Below are positions 18,352-27,262 of a DNA stretch of 43,312 nt, piece by piece. Numbering within the stretch: the stretch's first letter is position 1; each line of letters begins with the position of its first letter. The DNA is taken from the IMG/VR virus record IMGVR_UViG_2565956616_000006, positions 1-43,312 of that record; one strand, 5' to 3'. A program made the position numbers and the translations under genes. The notes beneath the pieces are model-generated. The model was not told the DNA's origin. It searched no databases and saw nothing but the letters and a program-made list of their open reading frames with translations. This DNA comes from a virus (lineage: Duplodnaviria > Heunggongvirae > Uroviricota > Caudoviricetes).

Positions 18352-21094
18352 TCTTATCCGTCAGGTTATCAGTGCGTCTGAAAACAACTGGCCTCATGTG
18401 CTGGGCTGCCTGAACATAAATGTCCCTGACTCTCCGCGCCGTCATGCTCCCTGCCCTGCATGTGGGGGCAAAGATCGATTCCGGTTCGATGACAACGGGC
18501 GCGGTAGCTTCATCTGTAATCAGTGCGGCGCTGGTGATGGGCTGGATTTAATTAAACGCGTAAATAACTGCGACACAACAGAGGCGGCGCTTCTTGCCGC
18601 TGATGTTCTGGGTATTGATTACCGGACAACGGAAACACCAGAAGCCACCAGCCAGAAACGGGAACAACTGGAAACCGAGCGCCAGCGACGCGAACAGGAG
18701 CGCCTGAAAAGGGCAGAGAAGGACGAACAACAAAGACGGGATACGTTTTCCCGTCAGTTTGATGACATGCGCAGAAAGGCTGTAAACGGCAAATCTGATT
18801 ATCTGGTTGCGAAAGGGGTAGGTGATTTTACATTCCCCGTGTTGCCCGATGGATCTCTGTTGCTGGCGCTGGTGGATAAATCCGGCGCAGTAACAGCAGC
18901 ACAGACTATTACCTCACATGGTGAAAAAAGACTCCTGACAGGTTCAGCAAAGCGGGGGGCATATCACGCCATAAACGCACCAGAAACAACACAGAGCATC
19001 TTAATCGCAGAAGGTCTGGCAACGGCATTATCTGCCCATTTAATTCGTCCAGAGGCGCTGACAGTGGCGGCGATTGATGCCGGGAACCTGTTATATGTCG
19101 CCCAGGTACTGCGGGATAAATTTCCTTCAGCACAAATCATCATTGCTGCGGATAACGACCACAGCGAAGGAAGACAAAACACGGGGAGAATAGCAGCAGA
19201 AAAAGCAGCTTTATCTGTTTCTGGATGGGTGGCATTACCCCCGACAGATCACAAAGCAGACTGGAATGATTACCACCAAAAACACGGCATTAAATGCGCC
19301 ACAGAAGCGTTCAATAAGTCAATGTACCAACCACAGGGTAATGGCGTGAAACAGGAGCCACAGACCATTGAGGGAAGCGATTTTAAGGTTATGGATACCG
19401 ACCCACTGAAACCAAGAATAGAAAGCCGCGAGGATGGTATTTATTGGGTATCTCCGAGAGCTGACAGCCAGAGTGGAGAAATCATCAATAACGAAAGCTG
19501 GTTATGTTCTCCGTTAAGCGTTATCGGTACTGGCAGAGACGATAAAGACCAGTATCTCATTCTTCGCTGGCTGTCGTTTGGTTCTGAAACGCCGACAACC
19601 GCTGCCATTCCACTGGCTGATATTGGTGAACGTGAAGGATGGCGCACACTTAAAGCTGGTGGGGTAAATGTCACGACCAAAAGCAGCCTCAGAGCAATAC
19701 TGGCAGACTGGCTACAACGCAGTGGCTCTCGTGAATTGTGGCGTGTTGCTCATGCCACTGGCTGGCAATGCGGAGCGTACATCATGCCTGATGGGGAAAT
19801 CATCGGAACACCTGAAAATCCTGTGCTGTTCAGCGGGAGAAGCTCAGCCGCAGCCGGATATACCGTCTCAGGGAGCGCGAAAAGCTGGCGTGATAACGTG
19901 GCGCGTCTGGCCTTTGGTAACTATTCAATGATGACCGGGATCGGCGCAGCACTGGCAGCGCCATTGATTGGGCTGGTGGGCGCTGACGGGTTCGGCATTC
20001 ATTTCTATGAGCAGTCGAGCGCAGGTAAGACCACCACGGCAAACGTGGCGAGCAGCTTATACGGCAACCCTGATTTACTGCGGCTGACGTGGTACGGAAC
20101 CGCGCTGGGGCTGGCAAATGAGGCCGCCGCCCACAATGACGGACTAATGCCGCTTGATGAAGTTGGTCAGGGCGCTGATCCTGTCAGCGTTTCACAGTCT
20201 GCCTATGCGTTATTTAACGGTGTAGGGAAACTGCAAGGCGCTAAAGATGGTGGAAACCGGGATCTAAAACGCTGGCGTACAGTGGCAATCAGCACCGGAG
20301 AAATGGATTTAGAAACATTTATCGCTACTTCCGGGCGAAAAACCAAAGCCGGGCAACTGGTGCGACTGCTGAATATTCCGTTGAGTAAAGCAGTACGCTT
20401 TCACGATTACCAGAACGGAAAACAGCACGCAGACGCACTGAAAGACGCTTACCAGCATCACCACGGCGCGTCCGGGCGTGAGTGGATTAAATGGCTGGCA
20501 CACCACCAGCAACAGGCTATTAAAACCGTTCGTGATTGCGAAAGCAGATGGAGAAGCCTGATCCCATCCGATTATGGTGAGCAGGTTCACCGTGTAGCCG
20601 CGCGATTTGCCATTCTAGAGGCCGCATTGTTGTTAGGCGAGGTTGTAACAGGCTGGGATGCTCAGACATGCCGTGATGCGATACAGCACAGCTATAACGC
20701 ATGGTTGCGCGAGTTCGGCACAGGTAACAAAGAGCATCAGCAGATTATTGAACAAACGGAGGCATTTCTTAATGCCTATGGGCTTAGCCGTTTTGCACCA
20801 TTTCCATACAGCCCGGCAGATTTGCCCATCAAAGATTTAGCCGGATACCGTCAGCGTGGAGAACATGACGAAAGCCCAATGATTTTCTACACATTCCCGG
20901 CCACATTTGAAAAGGAGATCGCATGTGGTTTCAACGCAAAACAGTTTGCTGAAGTGTTGAAAAAAGCCGGGATGCTAACCCCACCAAACAGCGGTCGTGG
21001 ATACCAAAGAAAATCACCACGTATTCAGGGACGACAAATAAACGTTTATGTACTCAATTACCAGCCAGGAGATTATAACTCATCTGAAGAATGA
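18335..21094 (+). CDS. P4 alpha-type primase-helicase: Zn-ribbon, Toprim and DUF927/D5-like NTPase, ~919 aa
   Basis: CPACGGKDRFRFDD...G.FICNQCG zinc motif. Toprim-like LIAEGLATALS...IIIAADND. Walker A SSAGKTT. Followed directly by iterons. Confidence 0.85.
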   Translation: MMRNIDLIRQVISASENNWPHVLGCLNINVPDSPRRHAPCPACGGKDRFRFDDNGRGSFICNQCGAGDGLDLIKRVNNCDTTEAALLAADVLGIDYRTTETPEATSQKREQLETERQRREQERLKRAEKDEQQRRDTFSRQFDDMRRKAVNGKSDYLVAKGVGDFTFPVLPDGSLLLALVDKSGAVTAAQTITSHGEKRLLTGSAKRGAYHAINAPETTQSILIAEGLATALSAHLIRPEALTVAAIDAGNLLYVAQVLRDKFPSAQIIIAADNDHSEGRQNTGRIAAEKAALSVSGWVALPPTDHKADWNDYHQKHGIKCATEAFNKSMYQPQGNGVKQEPQTIEGSDFKVMDTDPLKPRIESREDGIYWVSPRADSQSGEIINNESWLCSPLSVIGTGRDDKDQYLILRWLSFGSETPTTAAIPLADIGEREGWRTLKAGGVNVTTKSSLRAILADWLQRSGSRELWRVAHATGWQCGAYIMPDGEIIGTPENPVLFSGRSSAAAGYTVSGSAKSWRDNVARLAFGNYSMMTGIGAALAAPLIGLVGADGFGIHFYEQSSAGKTTTANVASSLYGNPDLLRLTWYGTALGLANEAAAHNDGLMPLDEVGQGADPVSVSQSAYALFNGVGKLQGAKDGGNRDLKRWRTVAISTGEMDLETFIATSGRKTKAGQLVRLLNIPLSKAVRFHDYQNGKQHADALKDAYQHHHGASGREWIKWLAHHQQQAIKTVRDCESRWRSLIPSDYGEQVHRVAARFAILEAALLLGEVVTGWDAQTCRDAIQHSYNAWLREFGTGNKEHQQIIEQTEAFLNAYGLSRFAPFPYSPADLPIKDLAGYRQRGEHDESPMIFYTFPATFEKEIACGFNAKQFAEVLKKAGMLTPPNSGRGYQRKSPRIQGRQINVYVLNYQPGDYNSSEE

Positions 21095-21112
21095 GCTTCT
21101 TCATGTGCGTAG

Positions 21113-21230
21113 AAAAGGTGTTGGTTCAGTTGGTTCAGTTGGTTCAATTTGTAAAGTGTATTGTTTTATAAGGATTTTATTCTTTTTATTGAACCAACAC
21201 TGAACCAACAACACGGTATTTTGAACCAAC
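21113..21230. repeat. Iteron origin candidate 1: 3 tandem TTGGTTCA(G/A), a ~40-bp AT-rich spacer, then 3 inverted TGAACCAAC
   Basis: Tandem 9-mers at 21121-21147. Inverted copies at 21190, 21201 and 21222. Lies immediately 3' of the primase-helicase gene. Confidence 0.75.
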
Positions 21231-21283
21231 ACAATGTGACTGAATTGATGCGCACAACACCTGGCTGGCATCAGAGAGTGTTT

Positions 21284-21355
21284 TACGAGACTTTCGTAAA
21301 ATCCTGTGTACAAGGGCGTGACGTTTTTGAAAGTGAGCACTACGAAATTTTCGTA
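21284..21355. promoter_or_regulatory. Two TACGA-N5-TCGTA inverted-repeat sites (21284-21298, 21341-21355)
   Basis: Read directly, 57 bp apart. Operator-like; the binding protein is unknown. Confidence 0.45.
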
Positions 21356-21550
21356 GTTCAAAAAACAGCCTCTGAGAAGTTGTTATGCCTGTTCAGCAAA
21401 CCATCCGCATAGCTGATCGCGAATCAAATTACCAATGGAGCCAGAAGCAAGGGCAGAACTGAAAAGCGCCTGCCGTGAAGAGTAATGCGACACCATAAAT
21501 ATAGTTTTTAGAGTCCATAAAAAACCTGTCAAAACCTGACACACAGAACG

Positions 21551-21583
21551 ATGCCACCAGCTACTGAGCGGTGGCATTTTTTT
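21551..21583 (+). terminator. Strong rho-independent terminator ending a non-coding stretch
   Basis: ATGCCACC-N11-GGTGGCAT followed by TTTTTT. No credible ORF in the ~300 nt upstream on the + strand. Confidence 0.75.
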
Positions 21584-21678
21584 GTGCTATTTGTTTCATA
21601 TTTTGCAATTACTATGATGAATATTGCGATTTGTGAAACTATAATAACTGTTGTTTTATACAGTTCTAAGGGGGCGTT

Positions 21679-21840
21679 ATGGCTATTTCAGTAAAGCCGG
21701 TATTGATAAGTGAGAAGCAAATGGAAGCGATAAAGAAAATTCAGGAAGAGCAGCGTAAAAAATCAGGAATTGGAGTAGCGCCAACTCTGCATGAAATTGC
21801 ACGAGGGTTAATAGATAAGGCGCTGGCAGGCTGTATGTGA
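21679..21840 (+). CDS. Small ribbon-helix-helix-like protein, 53 aa (below the ORF-track cutoff)
   Basis: ATG at 21679 after AAGGGGG. Translation MAISVKPVLISEKQMEAIKKIQEEQRKKSGIGVAPTLHEIARGLIDKALAGCM has a beta-strand, helix, helix layout. The inverted repeat TTGCAAT-N13-ATTGCGA at 21603-21629 lies upstream. Confidence 0.5.
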   Translation: MAISVKPVLISEKQMEAIKKIQEEQRKKSGIGVAPTLHEIARGLIDKALAGCM

Positions 21841-21856
21841 AAATGGATGGCATCGC

Positions 21857-22318
21857 ATGGAACTAAAATTTATTGATAACCCTGTGCGATTACAGGCCTT
21901 TCTTAACGAGCCAGGCAATACCGAAAATATTGTTGAGCCGGGGCACACGTACTACATCAAGCCTGATGCGGTATATCTCGGCATCTACGAAGGATTGGTG
22001 CTGGCTGGCGTTCATGAAGTGCGTAACTTCTGGCATAGCATTGTTGAATGCCATGCGGTGTACGACCCCGGATTCCGTGGTGAATATGCACTGCAAGGGC
22101 ATCGATTATTCTGCAAATGGCTTCTCGAAAACTCACCATTCCTTAACAGCATTACCATGGTTCCTGACACCACCAAATACGGACGGGCAATTATCCGTTT
22201 GCTTGGCGCTACCCGTGTTGGTCACCTTGATGATGCTTATATCAGATGTGGTAAACCCGTCGGCGTAACGCTTTATCAGTTAACTCGGCAACAATATAAG
22301 GAATTCAGCGAATGTTAA
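21857..22318 (+). CDS. gp14-like protein, second copy (satellite-borne), 153 aa
   Basis: Same size and position as 2699-3154. Shared motifs: CHA.Y.P..RG, G.....(L/I)G..RVG. Confidence 0.65.
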   Translation: MELKFIDNPVRLQAFLNEPGNTENIVEPGHTYYIKPDAVYLGIYEGLVLAGVHEVRNFWHSIVECHAVYDPGFRGEYALQGHRLFCKWLLENSPFLNSITMVPDTTKYGRAIIRLLGATRVGHLDDAYIRCGKPVGVTLYQLTRQQYKEFSEC

Positions 22319-22989
22319 TTACCCACATAGCTCATAAACATCTCAATCGTGCCGTATACGAAAAAGGCGGTGATGGTGGTGCCTCTAAAGCTCAGGCGAA
22401 GGCCCAGCAGCAGGCAATTGATTTGCAGCGCGAGCAGTGGAATACGGTGATGAATAATCTCAAGCCGTATGCAGAAGTCGGATTGCCTGCTTTACAACAA
22501 CTACAAGGACTGATGACTCTGGAAGGGCAGAATAAAGCCGCGAATGATTTCTTTGGTTCTGGTTTATATAAAACACAGGCAGATCAGGCCCGTTATCAGA
22601 ACCTTGTCTCAGCAGAAGCTACCGGGGGGCTTGGCTCAACAGCTACCAGTAACCAGTTATCTTCCATTGCGCCCATGCTTTATAACAATTGGCTTAGTGG
22701 GCAAATGCAAAATTATGGAAACCTGCTAAATGTCGGGATGAATGCGGCATCAGGGCAGGCAACAGCAGGGCAAAACTACGCCAATAATACCGGGCAACTC
22801 TTGCAGGGGCTTGGCGCTATTCGTGCAGGTCAGGCGCAGCAGCCATCCAGTCTTGCGCGTGGTATTGGTGGGGCGGCATCAGGCGCTTTAGCGGGTGCGC
22901 AACTTGGTTCCGTTGTTCCGGGTATAGGTAATGTCGCCGGGGCTATTGGTGGTGGGCTTATTGGTCTTGTTGGGGGGCTTGGATTCTAA
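22312..22989 (+). CDS. gp7-like ejection protein, second copy, 225 aa
   Basis: Aligns by eye with 3157-3852 through KGG.GG, W/FNT.MNNLKP, QARYQ.L..AEATGGLGSTATSNQL..IAP.L...WLSGQM.NY.NL and the Gly-rich hydrophobic tail. Confidence 0.85.
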   Translation: MLITHIAHKHLNRAVYEKGGDGGASKAQAKAQQQAIDLQREQWNTVMNNLKPYAEVGLPALQQLQGLMTLEGQNKAANDFFGSGLYKTQADQARYQNLVSAEATGGLGSTATSNQLSSIAPMLYNNWLSGQMQNYGNLLNVGMNAASGQATAGQNYANNTGQLLQGLGAIRAGQAQQPSSLARGIGGAASGALAGAQLGSVVPGIGNVAGAIGGGLIGLVGGLGF

Positions 22990-24410
22990 TGGCGACATGG
23001 CAACTTGGCGGGCTGCCTAGCATGGCACCGCAAAATGATAATGCTCCTCGTTCTTCCGTTCCTCAGCCTGTGCAGTATCAGCAGCAGCCAAACGTAGGTT
23101 TAATGGCGCTACAGGGGCTAAGAGGCGTTGCTGAGATTAATCAGCAGGCACGTCAACAACAGCGTAAAGCAGAGTTTCAGAAAGCATATGCCGGGGCTTT
23201 TGAGTCTGGAGACAGAAACAAAATGCGCAGTCTTATTTCTGAGTATCCAGAAGAATTTGAAAGCGTTCAGAAAGGGATGGGCTTTATTGATGACGACCAG
23301 AGAAATTCTATTGGTCATCTTGCGACTAGTGCTCAAATCGCATCTTCGCTCGGAACTGGGGCATTTGGAAAATTCATAGCAGATAACGAAGATGAAATGC
23401 GTCGCTTGGGAATTTCTCCTGAGTCTGTTGCCGAAATGCATGTTAATGATCCACAGGGATTCCAGCGGCTTGCTGGTAGTATGGCACTGTTTTCTCTCGG
23501 TCATGAGAAGTATTTCGATATCAAAGATCAAATGGAAGGTCGGGATATTGAGCGTGGCAAGTTGGCAGAAACAATCCGCAGCAATCAGGCTGGCGAAGCA
23601 CTTCAGGCGAGAGGGCAGGATATTAGCCGAGCAAATGCGTTAACGTCAGCATATGCACCAACAGCAGCAATGCAGAATTACAATCAGTACGCTCAAATGT
23701 TAAAGGAGGATCCAGAGGGGGCGGCGGCATTTGCGGCAGCGGCTGGAATTAATACAAACGCCAAAAAATTAATGAGTGTTAGAGAAAACGATGATGGCAC
23801 TGTCACAAAATACTACACAGACGGAAGTGAAGAGCAGGGAAAACTAAACCAGCCAATATCTGGAGATGGGTTTCGTCCAATAGCTTTGCCAACAGCCCAA
23901 AAGATCATGGAAAAGTCGCCAGAAGGGGCTAAAAAAGCTGCTGGATTTGCATACAGGGTTAGGGATGCTCTTGATTCAATAGATACACTGAAAGACCAGC
24001 TTAGCCCACAGCGAGTGGCGATCATTAATAATGCTTTGGGTAATGGGACGCTGGCTAACTTAACGCTCAGCCCAACAGAGCAGCAATACGTTGTTAATGC
24101 TAATGACGCAATAATGGCAATACTCCGTCAGGAAACAGGGGCAGCTATCGTACCTGCTGAAATGTCAAAATATTATCAAATGTATTTCCCTCAGCCTGGC
24201 GACTCCACAAAAACCATTGATACCAAGCGCCGGAAGATGGAAAACCAGTTCAATTCGCTGAAAGCTGCTTCTGGTCGAGCTTATGATGCTTTGCGGGTTA
24301 TTTCAGCAGTTGACAGAGGAACTTCTTCTTCGTCGCAGACATTGCCGCAATCTGAGCAGGTATCACAGCCAGCAGCCAGCAGTAACTTTTCTTCACTATG
24401 GGGTGATTAA
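22989..24410 (+). CDS. gp20-like ejection protein, second copy, 473 aa
   Basis: MATWQ.G start, 473 vs 471 aa. Shared [20 protein letters not shown] block, which is 52/55 nt identical to the prophage copy. Confidence 0.85.
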   Translation: MATWQLGGLPSMAPQNDNAPRSSVPQPVQYQQQPNVGLMALQGLRGVAEINQQARQQQRKAEFQKAYAGAFESGDRNKMRSLISEYPEEFESVQKGMGFIDDDQRNSIGHLATSAQIASSLGTGAFGKFIADNEDEMRRLGISPESVAEMHVNDPQGFQRLAGSMALFSLGHEKYFDIKDQMEGRDIERGKLAETIRSNQAGEALQARGQDISRANALTSAYAPTAAMQNYNQYAQMLKEDPEGAAAFAAAAGINTNAKKLMSVRENDDGTVTKYYTDGSEEQGKLNQPISGDGFRPIALPTAQKIMEKSPEGAKKAAGFAYRVRDALDSIDTLKDQLSPQRVAIINNALGNGTLANLTLSPTEQQYVVNANDAIMAILRQETGAAIVPAEMSKYYQMYFPQPGDSTKTIDTKRRKMENQFNSLKAASGRAYDALRVISAVDRGTSSSSQTLPQSEQVSQPAASSNFSSLWGD

Positions 24411-26515
24411 TGGCTAAAGCATGGAAAGATGTTATCGCCTCTCCACAGTATCAGGCGTTAGCACCAGAACAAAAAGCGCAGGCTCAGGAGCAATACTTCA
24501 ATGAAGTCGTTGCCCCGCAAGCCGGAGAAAGTGTAGAGCAGGCTAAGCAGGCTTTTTATGCTGCCTATCCACTACCATCAACGAATGAAATAGACCGAGC
24601 CCAATCAGCAACTCAAAATATTCAACATACATCATCTGATAATTCTCTTGCGTCAGGGTATGCAAAGTTAGCTACTCAGCAAAGAGAGGGGCTTGAGCGT
24701 TCAGCAGAACAGGGAGCCAGCCTTGGGGCTGCGATGCGCGATGCTATAACAGGCGAAAGCCGAATGACTCCAGAGATGGAGAGACTGCAAAATGTCGACC
24801 TTGCCCCAGAGTTAACCTCACTCAGCATGGATGCTCTAAAAGCTCGATGGTCTCAACTTTTCGGCTCTGACGCATCTCAGGAAAAGATTCTTCAGAGCAT
24901 GGGAGCGAAATTAAGGCAGGATGAGAAGGGTAACACTATCGTTTCCCTGCCATCCGGTGATTATGCTCTGAACAAGCCGGGTTTATCGCCGCAAGACGTG
25001 GCATCGTTTCTGGCTAATGCGCTGGCGTTTACACCAGCGGGCAGGGCCGGAACGGTGCTGGGGGCCATAGGGAAATCAGCAGCTACAGATTTAGCACTAC
25101 AGGGAGCCACCAGCCTCGCTGGTGGAGAAGATATTGATCCGTTACAAACGGTAATTTCTGCTGGCATTGGTGGTATTGGTAAGGGGCTGGAAAATACAGC
25201 GAGTGCGGTTTCGAGGGCTGTTCGTGGTGATATGTCGCCTGAAGCAAAGGCTGCTGTCGACTTTGCATCGGAAAGAAATCTGCCGTTAATGACCAGTGAC
25301 ATGCTGAAAGATAAAACCTTTATGCAGAGTCAGGCTCAGACATTAGGCGAAAGAGTTCCTTTTTTTGGAACCGGTAAGAATCGGCTGAATCAACAACAAG
25401 CACGAGAAAATTTAGTCAGAACATTTAGCGATGGTCTGGGTGGCATTTCTGATAAACAGCTTTATGAATCTGCGACTAAAGGGCAACAAAAATTCATTGA
25501 GGCAGCAGGAAAGCGATATAACCGCATAATTGACGCTATGGGGGATACCCCTGTCGATCTCTCAAACACGGTAAAAGCTATCGACAATCAGATTGCTGTG
25601 TTAAGCCGCCCGGGTAAATCTCAGGATAGAGCCGCGGTAAAAGTCTTGCAGCAATTTAAAGACGATATCACCAGCGGACCAAATGACCTGCGTCTGGCGA
25701 GGGAAAACAGAACCGATCTTCGAAAGCGGTTTATGGCGTCATCTGACACTGTTGATAAAGATACGCTCCAGAAAGCCAGCGATATTATCTACAAGGCATA
25801 TACGGCGGATATGAAAAAAGCCGTAGCCAAAAATCTTGGAGCAGACGAAGCCATTAATATGGCAAGGGTTGATCGCTCATGGTCTAAATTCAATGACATG
25901 ATGGGAAGAACGCGCGTTCAAAAGGCAATAGCCAGCGGCAAGGCCACGCCTGAGGATGTAACAAAACTCGTTTTTAGCCAAAGCCCATCAGAACGTTCTC
26001 AGCTTTACAGGCTTCTGGATGACAATGGTAGGCAAAACGCACGAGCAGCCATAGTTCAGAATGCTGTAGATAAGGCGACTGATCCGTCTGGAAATATCAG
26101 TGTTGAGAAGTTTATTAATGCGTTACACCGGAACAGGAAGCAATCAGCAACTTTCTTTAAAGGCGTACATGGAAAGGAACTGGACGGCGTTATTAAATAC
26201 CTCAACGATACAAGACACGCGGCAAAAGCGAACGTTCAAAACTTAAATGGTCAGCAGCTTTATGGATTGTTAGTTGGTGGTGGCATCATAAACGCAGCAG
26301 TATTAGCGGGGATGCTAAAAACGGCTGCGTTTGTTGTTCCTGCTGCTGGTGCCGTAGGCGGAGCCGCGAAGGCATACGAAAGCCCTGTTATACGAAATGC
26401 CTTGTTACGTTTGGCAAATACGCCAAAAGGTAGCACAGCATATGACAGAGCGATCAGTACGGTCACACAATCGCTCACCAGAGTCGCACAGGCATCACAA
26501 AAAGAAGCTCAATAA
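24410..26515 (+). CDS. gp16-like ejection protein, second copy, 701 aa
   Basis: Position and TAATG coupling. Shared motifs with 5275-7116: MTSD(V/M), KD...AVAKNLGA(S/D).[17 protein letters not shown]. Confidence 0.8.
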   Translation: MAKAWKDVIASPQYQALAPEQKAQAQEQYFNEVVAPQAGESVEQAKQAFYAAYPLPSTNEIDRAQSATQNIQHTSSDNSLASGYAKLATQQREGLERSAEQGASLGAAMRDAITGESRMTPEMERLQNVDLAPELTSLSMDALKARWSQLFGSDASQEKILQSMGAKLRQDEKGNTIVSLPSGDYALNKPGLSPQDVASFLANALAFTPAGRAGTVLGAIGKSAATDLALQGATSLAGGEDIDPLQTVISAGIGGIGKGLENTASAVSRAVRGDMSPEAKAAVDFASERNLPLMTSDMLKDKTFMQSQAQTLGERVPFFGTGKNRLNQQQARENLVRTFSDGLGGISDKQLYESATKGQQKFIEAAGKRYNRIIDAMGDTPVDLSNTVKAIDNQIAVLSRPGKSQDRAAVKVLQQFKDDITSGPNDLRLARENRTDLRKRFMASSDTVDKDTLQKASDIIYKAYTADMKKAVAKNLGADEAINMARVDRSWSKFNDMMGRTRVQKAIASGKATPEDVTKLVFSQSPSERSQLYRLLDDNGRQNARAAIVQNAVDKATDPSGNISVEKFINALHRNRKQSATFFKGVHGKELDGVIKYLNDTRHAAKANVQNLNGQQLYGLLVGGGIINAAVLAGMLKTAAFVVPAAGAVGGAAKAYESPVIRNALLRLANTPKGSTAYDRAISTVTQSLTRVAQASQKEAQ

Positions 26516-26533
26516 CTGGTAGCCATGGATGGC

Positions 26534-27148
26534 TTAGATATCTCTGCTGTCTCCATTAGGAAATAAAAGATAATATGGATTTGCCTTTCTTGCTCTCCTT
26601 GCTTCACCTGGATACCTGTTAGTCAGTAGTTTGCATAATGAGCAGAGAACAACACTCAAGAAAATTCCGAATGAGAAGATCAATATCTCACCAAAAATCA
26701 ATGGCGATATTAAATTTTCAGGATTTAATGATAAGTCAATGTTAAAAACATATTGAGCAATACCAGTAAGTATCAATAATATAATCCCTATGGAATACAT
26801 TGCTGTTTCCCAAACATCAGACAGTCTATTTTTGAATTGTTCGCTGGAGTAGTAGTTTGTTATAAAGTCAGAAAAATCACTCTCATATGCATCATCTTTA
26901 GGTGATGTTAGAAATCCTCTGTCTCTCCATACCTTCTCCCAATTAGTCGATTCTTTTTTTAAGGAAAAATAAATATGTATTGCCAAAAGGATAGCCAAAA
27001 TTGGTGTTAGCTCTAAAAAATAGAATGTTATGGAATAAATAATACTGCCATGTTCAAACTCATCTGGGACTATCATGTATGCACAAAAATAAATTGAAAA
27101 GTACACCATGCAGATAGTTAGCAATTCTTTAGTATCTTTTCTGCTCAC
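26534..27148 (-). CDS. AT-rich polytopic inner-membrane protein, 204 aa, unknown function (sits where sieA follows gene 16 in P22)
   Basis: At least 4 hydrophobic segments with an acidic ~60-aa central loop. Markedly lower GC than its neighbours. Convergent with the E cassette. Confidence 0.65.
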   Translation of the reverse strand: MSRKDTKELLTICMVYFSIYFCAYMIVPDEFEHGSIIYSITFYFLELTPILAILLAIHIYFSLKKESTNWEKVWRDRGFLTSPKDDAYESDFSDFITNYYSSEQFKNRLSDVWETAMYSIGIILLILTGIAQYVFNIDLSLNPENLISPLIFGEILIFSFGIFLSVVLCSLCKLLTNRYPGEARRARKANPYYLLFPNGDSRDI

Positions 27149-27262
27149 ACCAACCCCCTTTAGCGTTGTTTAGAATGGCAATCATCATATATCCAAGACA
27201 TGGCATTTGGTACATAGCTTGGGTCGGGATTTCAAATCCGATCCCCGTTGATGGGGCCGTTA

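Noticed and set aside
21121-21147. Tandem 9-bp repeats considered as a CRISPR or minisatellite
   Set aside because: There are no spacers. Inverted copies lie 40 bp away, and a mirrored cluster lies at 29569-29695. This is the classic iteron-origin architecture next to a replication gene.
21101-21412. ORFs of 86 aa (-) and 83 aa (+) after the primase gene
   Set aside because: Both run through the 9-bp iterons and the AT-rich origin core. The repeated EPTEPTEPT and LNQQ strings are just translated iterons.
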